Source: Desulfatiglandales bacterium (GTDB lineage: Bacteria; Desulfobacterota; DSM-4660; Desulfatiglandales; B25-G16). From it: 51,620 nucleotides of DNA. The translations under genes were made by a program, and so were the position numbers. Location: assembly GCA_046498285.1 (NCBI GenBank), contig JAWOBA010000053.1:1-51620 (forward strand), written 5' to 3'. Below are positions 46,606 to 51,620 of this stretch, piece after piece. Each line of letters begins with the position of its first letter. Position 1 is the first letter of the stretch. The notes beneath the pieces are model-generated. The model saw only the letters and a list, made by a program, of their open reading frames with translations, was not told the origin of the DNA and searched no databases.

Positions 46606-48264
46606 TTAGCCCACTTGTTTATTAATCCTATACTGTTGAAAGATTGATAGTATGTTGTTTACTAACCAGTAAAGCACTAAACCAGACGGAAAATTAATAA
46701 ACAAGAATGTAAAAACGATTGGCAGGAGCATCATCATCTTGGCCTGGGCAGGATCTCCGGTAGTTGGCGTCATTTTTTGCTGAAGAAACATAGATGCTCC
46801 CATTATTAGAGTTAAAACAGGTATACCATATGGGGGAGCCATAAAAGGAATCTGAAAAGGGAAGGAGAAAAGCCTGTCAGGCGCAGAGAGATCTTTAATC
46901 CATAGAGCAAAAGGGGCGTGCCGTAATTCAATTGAATTTGGTAAAACTCGAAACAGGGCGAAAAAAACAGGGATTTGAACTATCATGGGCAAACAACCCC
47001 CCATGGGGTTAATCTTATAGGTCTTATAGAGCCCCATCAGTTGTTTTTGCATTTCTTGTTTATTCCCTTTGTATTTCTCTCGTATCTTGGCCATCATAGG
47101 TTGGAGCTTCCTCATCTCTTTCATCGATTGATAGCTTTTATGTGTCAGAGGCCAAAACAATATCTTGATAATAATAGTGAGCAATATAATTGAAAGCCCA
47201 TAATTAGAGAGGTATTTATTAAAAAAGCGAAGAGTAATCAAGAGGGGTTTGGCAATGATATCAAACCATCCAAAATTGATAGCCTTTTCGAGTTTTTTGT
47301 TAAGATCCTTTAGAATATAAAGATCCCTGGGTCCGAGATAAAGAGTAAAGGACTTTGTCGTTTCTTGTTGTTGCCTGAGTTGGAGCGAAGGGGTTATGTA
47401 CGATATTTTGATATTGCCATCAGAAAGGATATCGCTTTTAACACTTGATTCTTTATTCTTTTCATTAACAATAGCAGCCATAAAATACGGTTCTTCACGG
47501 GCAATCCATTTTATTTGGCCAGAAAATTGTTTATCTTTTAGCTTATCAACTTTGACCTCTTTTAGTTTATTATCAAGAAGAAGGCCCATTCCCTCAAAGG
47601 CGCCATAGCTCTTTTTGGTATTTTGTGGAAGGTGTACAAGATGTAATGCAAGGTTATCATCAATTCTGTGTTCTGATTTATTATCTATGTTTACTGATAG
47701 ATCAATATAGTAATGTTCAGCGTAGAAAATAAATTTTGTTTGGATCTCTATTCCCTCAGGCGATTCCCATGTATAGATCAATTTTTTAGGCTCATCACCG
47801 GGTCTGATAGCAATTTCTTTACGGCTTACCTTATAAGTACTCCAATCAACATTGGGTATGTTTTGCCCGGAGAAGCCGAGCTTAAAACCACACCCATTGT
47901 TTTTAGTATGAATTATTTCTTTTAAGGGAGAGGTTTTATCAAGTGTTGATCGATATTTCTTCAATTTAAAACTCTTTATAAGAGGACCGGAACCAGAGAA
48001 TGTAGCTATATAAAGGTCTGTTTCAACAGTAATATCTCCGGTATCTCCTTTTTCCGTCTCTAACATAACGTCCCGCTTCGGGCCTGTGGCTACTGGGCTT
48101 TCTTCTAAAACAGATTGAGATTGATCGTTTTGTCGACTTTCTTCTTTTGTTGGCACTGATTGTTGATCTGTTGGTTTATCTTTTGGCTGTGGGCCGAATA
48201 AAACGGACCAGATCAGAAATACAAGAAATGACAACCCTAAAGCCAACAAAGTTCTTTTATCCAT
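46606..48264 (-). CDS. yidC: Membrane protein insertase YidC
   Basis: 552 aa. N-terminal TM, large periplasmic domain, and the conserved C-terminal core PMGGCLPMIVQIPVFFALF...GLVLYWLVNNILSIFQQ. Confidence 0.93.
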   Translation of the reverse strand: MDKRTLLALGLSFLVFLIWSVLFGPQPKDKPTDQQSVPTKEESRQNDQSQSVLEESPVATGPKRDVMLETEKGDTGDITVETDLYIATFSGSGPLIKSFKLKKYRSTLDKTSPLKEIIHTKNNGCGFKLGFSGQNIPNVDWSTYKVSRKEIAIRPGDEPKKLIYTWESPEGIEIQTKFIFYAEHYYIDLSVNIDNKSEHRIDDNLALHLVHLPQNTKKSYGAFEGMGLLLDNKLKEVKVDKLKDKQFSGQIKWIAREEPYFMAAIVNEKNKESSVKSDILSDGNIKISYITPSLQLRQQQETTKSFTLYLGPRDLYILKDLNKKLEKAINFGWFDIIAKPLLITLRFFNKYLSNYGLSIILLTIIIKILFWPLTHKSYQSMKEMRKLQPMMAKIREKYKGNKQEMQKQLMGLYKTYKINPMGGCLPMIVQIPVFFALFRVLPNSIELRHAPFALWIKDLSAPDRLFSFPFQIPFMAPPYGIPVLTLIMGASMFLQQKMTPTTGDPAQAKMMMLLPIVFTFLFINFPSGLVLYWLVNNILSIFQQYRINKQVG

Positions 48265-48496
48265 AAATAGATTCCCATTCTAAAATAATGTAAATTATAA
48301 TGGCTAATGGTTCAATTATCAACCTATGCTGCTCGATTGACAAATAAAATGCTAAATAATGTTATCGAAACTCAAAGATCCTATTAAATAGAAATTTAGC
48401 CTCTTGGAATGTGTCTGGATAGGGGCATGAGTTACGCTTAGAAGAGATTTGTCTTCTACACGGGGCATAAAGTCCAACCTATAATTCTAACAGGTC

Positions 48497-48724
48497 TTAA
48501 TTGAGAGGATCATACCCCCCTGGATGAAAGGGGTGGCATTTCAGGATCCTGATTAAAGCGAGATACCCTCCTTTTAATACACCGTATTTATTAATGGCAA
48601 GGATAGCATAGGTAGAACAGGTGGGCATAAAGCGGCAAGAAGACGGCATAAATGGCGATATAAATAGCTTATAAAGTTTAATTAATGCAATGATATATGC
48701 TCGAGGTTTAAAAGAAAGGACCAT
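48497..48724 (-). CDS. yidD: Membrane protein insertion efficiency factor YidD (canonical copy)
   Basis: 75 aa. [27 protein letters not shown]...[16 protein letters not shown]. Overlaps the rnpA 3' end. Confidence 0.9.
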   Translation of the reverse strand: MVLSFKPRAYIIALIKLYKLFISPFMPSSCRFMPTCSTYAILAINKYGVLKGGYLALIRILKCHPFHPGGYDPLN

Positions 48725-49061
48725 TATTTTTTAGCAGTACGTTTTCTAACTCCTCTTGTACCTTAAAAAAGTCGAACTTATTGTTTCTTCTTAAAACAAT
48801 AATTATAACATCATACCCTTTTGGAATCTTTTTTTTATTTAGCCTAAAGGACTCTCTTATCAATCGCTTAATCCTGTTTCTTTTTACAGAATTCCCAACC
48901 CTTTTGCTGACTATTATGCCTAGTCTTGTAATATCCCTCCCATTATCATTTATAATAATAGCAAAGTTTTTTGTATAGTACTTTTTTCCTTGAAGCTTTA
49001 AAGAAATGAATTCTCCCTTTTTTAATATTCGCTCCTCTTTTTTAAAAGAAAATACTCGCAT
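48708..49061 (-). CDS. rnpA: Ribonuclease P protein component
   Basis: 117 aa, basic, with the RNR motif [14 protein letters not shown]. Lies between rpmH and yidD. Confidence 0.88.
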   Translation of the reverse strand: MRVFSFKKEERILKKGEFISLKLQGKKYYTKNFAIIINDNGRDITRLGIIVSKRVGNSVKRNRIKRLIRESFRLNKKKIPKGYDVIIIVLRRNNKFDFFKVQEELENVLLKNNGPFF

Positions 49062-49129
49062 CTTAAAAGCTTATCGCTAACATATGCGCAAACCCTTACC
49101 CCTTATATAAGACTGCTAAATATGATATT

Positions 49130-49264
49130 CTAAACAGAGAGTCTTTTTCTGCCTTTAGCCCTCCTTCTCTTTATCACATTTCTCCCACCCTTACTGCTCA
49201 TTCTGGCCCGAAAACCATGGGTACGAGATCTCTTTATATTGCTTGGCTGAAATGTTCGTTTCAT
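49130..49264 (-). CDS. rpmH: 50S ribosomal protein L34
   Basis: Not in the ORF track (44 aa). The minus strand translates to [44 protein letters not shown], a textbook L34, upstream of rnpA. Confidence 0.93.
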   Translation of the reverse strand: MKRTFQPSNIKRSRTHGFRARMSSKGGRNVIKRRRAKGRKRLSV

Positions 49265-49380
49265 AAACTAGTTTTCCTTCAATTAGAAATTGATCGTTTT
49301 AATAATCATAGGTAATTTAAGTTGTCAAGATAAAAGAGACATTTAAACTATTTTATATTTGATAAATCATTTGAAATTAA

Positions 49381-50457
<1,077 letters not shown>

Positions 50458-50481
50458 TCAAAACACTTAGGTTTACAATAG

Positions 50482-51324
50482 TTGGCCGTTTTTTTTAAAC
50501 ATAGGGTAAAATGGATTTCCTACATTTTTATCATCCTTTCCTTAATACTCTTGTCTCTCAGTATTGGAAAGGGCAGGGAGTGGAATCCTGTAGAAAAGCT
50601 TGTGATTGAGGCTATTGCGCCATTTCAAAAAATTTTTATAGAAACAATATCTGCAACGAAGGATATATGGAAAACTTATTTTTTCTTAGTTGAAACACGC
50701 CAAGAAAATTCTCGTCTAAAAAAAAAGATAAGGCTCCTTGAGACGGAAAACAGCAGATATCAAGAGCTATCATTATCTAACCAGCGTCTGCAACAACTCC
50801 TTAGATTTCAAGAAAAGATCACGGAGCCCATATTGGCAGCAAGAGTGATTGGGTGGGACTCAAGCGCATTATTTAAATCTATCATTATTGATAGAGGTGA
50901 AAACGATGGCCTTAAGATAAATATGGCGGTAGTAAATTCAAAAGGCGTGGTTGGAAGGACAGTATCTGTTTCCCCTAATTATGCCCAGGTATTATTGATT
51001 GTGGATCAAAACAGTGCTGTCGACGGATTGGTTCAAAGATCAAGATGCAGGGGAATGCTTAAAGGAAGAGGATTAAACCAATGTTATTTTGACTATGCAG
51101 TAAAGACATGCGATATAAAAAGAGGTGATACCATTGTAACTTCAGGGCTGGGAAGCGCATTTCCTAAAGGTCTCTCTCTGGGTACAGTGAACAATATAAA
51201 CAATTCTCCTAATAACCTATTCAATGATATTATAGTAGATCTAGCTGTCGATTTTTCAAAACTGGAAGAGGTTCTCGTAATTTTACGGTCAGGTTTTGTT
51301 CCCGGGGCAGGCCTTGATGATTAA
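50482..51324 (+). CDS. mreC: Rod shape-determining protein MreC
   Basis: 280 aa (TTG start). N-terminal TM, coiled-coil ENSRLKKKIRLLETENSRYQEL, and C-terminal beta-domains ending in GDTIVTSGLGSAFPKGLSLGTV. Follows mreB. Confidence 0.88.
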   Translation: MAVFFKHRVKWISYIFIILSLILLSLSIGKGREWNPVEKLVIEAIAPFQKIFIETISATKDIWKTYFFLVETRQENSRLKKKIRLLETENSRYQELSLSNQRLQQLLRFQEKITEPILAARVIGWDSSALFKSIIIDRGENDGLKINMAVVNSKGVVGRTVSVSPNYAQVLLIVDQNSAVDGLVQRSRCRGMLKGRGLNQCYFDYAVKTCDIKRGDTIVTSGLGSAFPKGLSLGTVNNINNSPNNLFNDIIVDLAVDFSKLEEVLVILRSGFVPGAGLDD

Positions 51325-51393
51325 AGATTTAAGAGCCTGGATTGCAGGGAGATTATTGTATAGATGTCATCGCAAGAATTATTATAGCAATAC

Positions 51394-51620
51394 TGAGACC
51401 TTTGAAAAACCCGGCGATTTTCATCATCCCCAAAAAGACGATGGACTTTTTTGAAGTGACTGGTGGAAGGGTGCTGTCTTTTCGTAACGTATCAGTGGGG
51501 GAACCCGCAGGCCCCGATTTATCGGGGCAATGCGGAGGGGGCAAAACTCCCCCATGGATACGTTGCTGAAAAGACCAGCCCGGGAGCCTCGGAACTGAAA
51601 AAAGGCCCATCGTCTTTAGA
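51394..51620 (+). mobile_element. Family-A element copy A3 (3' end beyond the window)
   Basis: 227 nt that align with A1 with about 11 mismatches (manual count). Starts 69 nt after the mreC stop. Confidence 0.75.

Overview
This 51.6-kb window comes from a fairly AT-rich Gram-negative genome, possibly a Desulfobacterota-like anaerobe, though taxonomy cannot be confirmed from sequence alone. All calls rest on reading the sequence and the ORF track and recognising motifs; no database search was run. Both window edges fall inside copies of the same dispersed repeat, so the window is probably a whole contig that broke at a high-copy element.

Gene content, left to right:
- rfaE2-like heptose-1-P adenylyltransferase and tRNA-Arg(ACG).
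- A TPR/2-TM protein and a signal-peptide-bearing YidD paralogue.
- A complete type II secretion cluster on the minus strand, transcribed gspF-G-H-I-J-K-L-M-N-C-A, then a 665-bp gap, then a TPR protein, gspD and gspE. No gspO is present.
- A 1.7-kb region with no convincing gene.
- An acyl-CoA ligase and a Liv-type ABC importer, which appear to be driven by a good sigma-54 promoter. The promoter sits next to a PAS histidine kinase and an NtrC-family activator, and its first gene product is a stand-alone Fis-type HTH protein.
- An orphan CsgG-family lipoprotein and a decayed histone-deacetylase-family pseudogene.
- A PHP hydrolase, an ABC exporter pair, a transglutaminase-like protein, a second PHP protein and a BFN nuclease.
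- An FAD oxidoreductase and two SAM methyltransferases.
- mnmE-jag-yidC-yidD-rnpA-rpmH. rpmH is missing from the ORF track and was found by hand.
- mreB and mreC.

The most notable structure not explained by genes is a modular family of hairpin-foldable elements bounded by terminal inverted repeats. Family A is about 250 nt and has four copies; family B is about 130-145 nt and has two inverted copies.
- The flanking pentamers differ between copies but match left and right within a copy.
- One hairpin base pair shows a compensatory change between the B copies.
- The elements bracket the T2SS cluster next to the tRNA gene.

They are most likely an undescribed MITE family. A structured-RNA role cannot be excluded.
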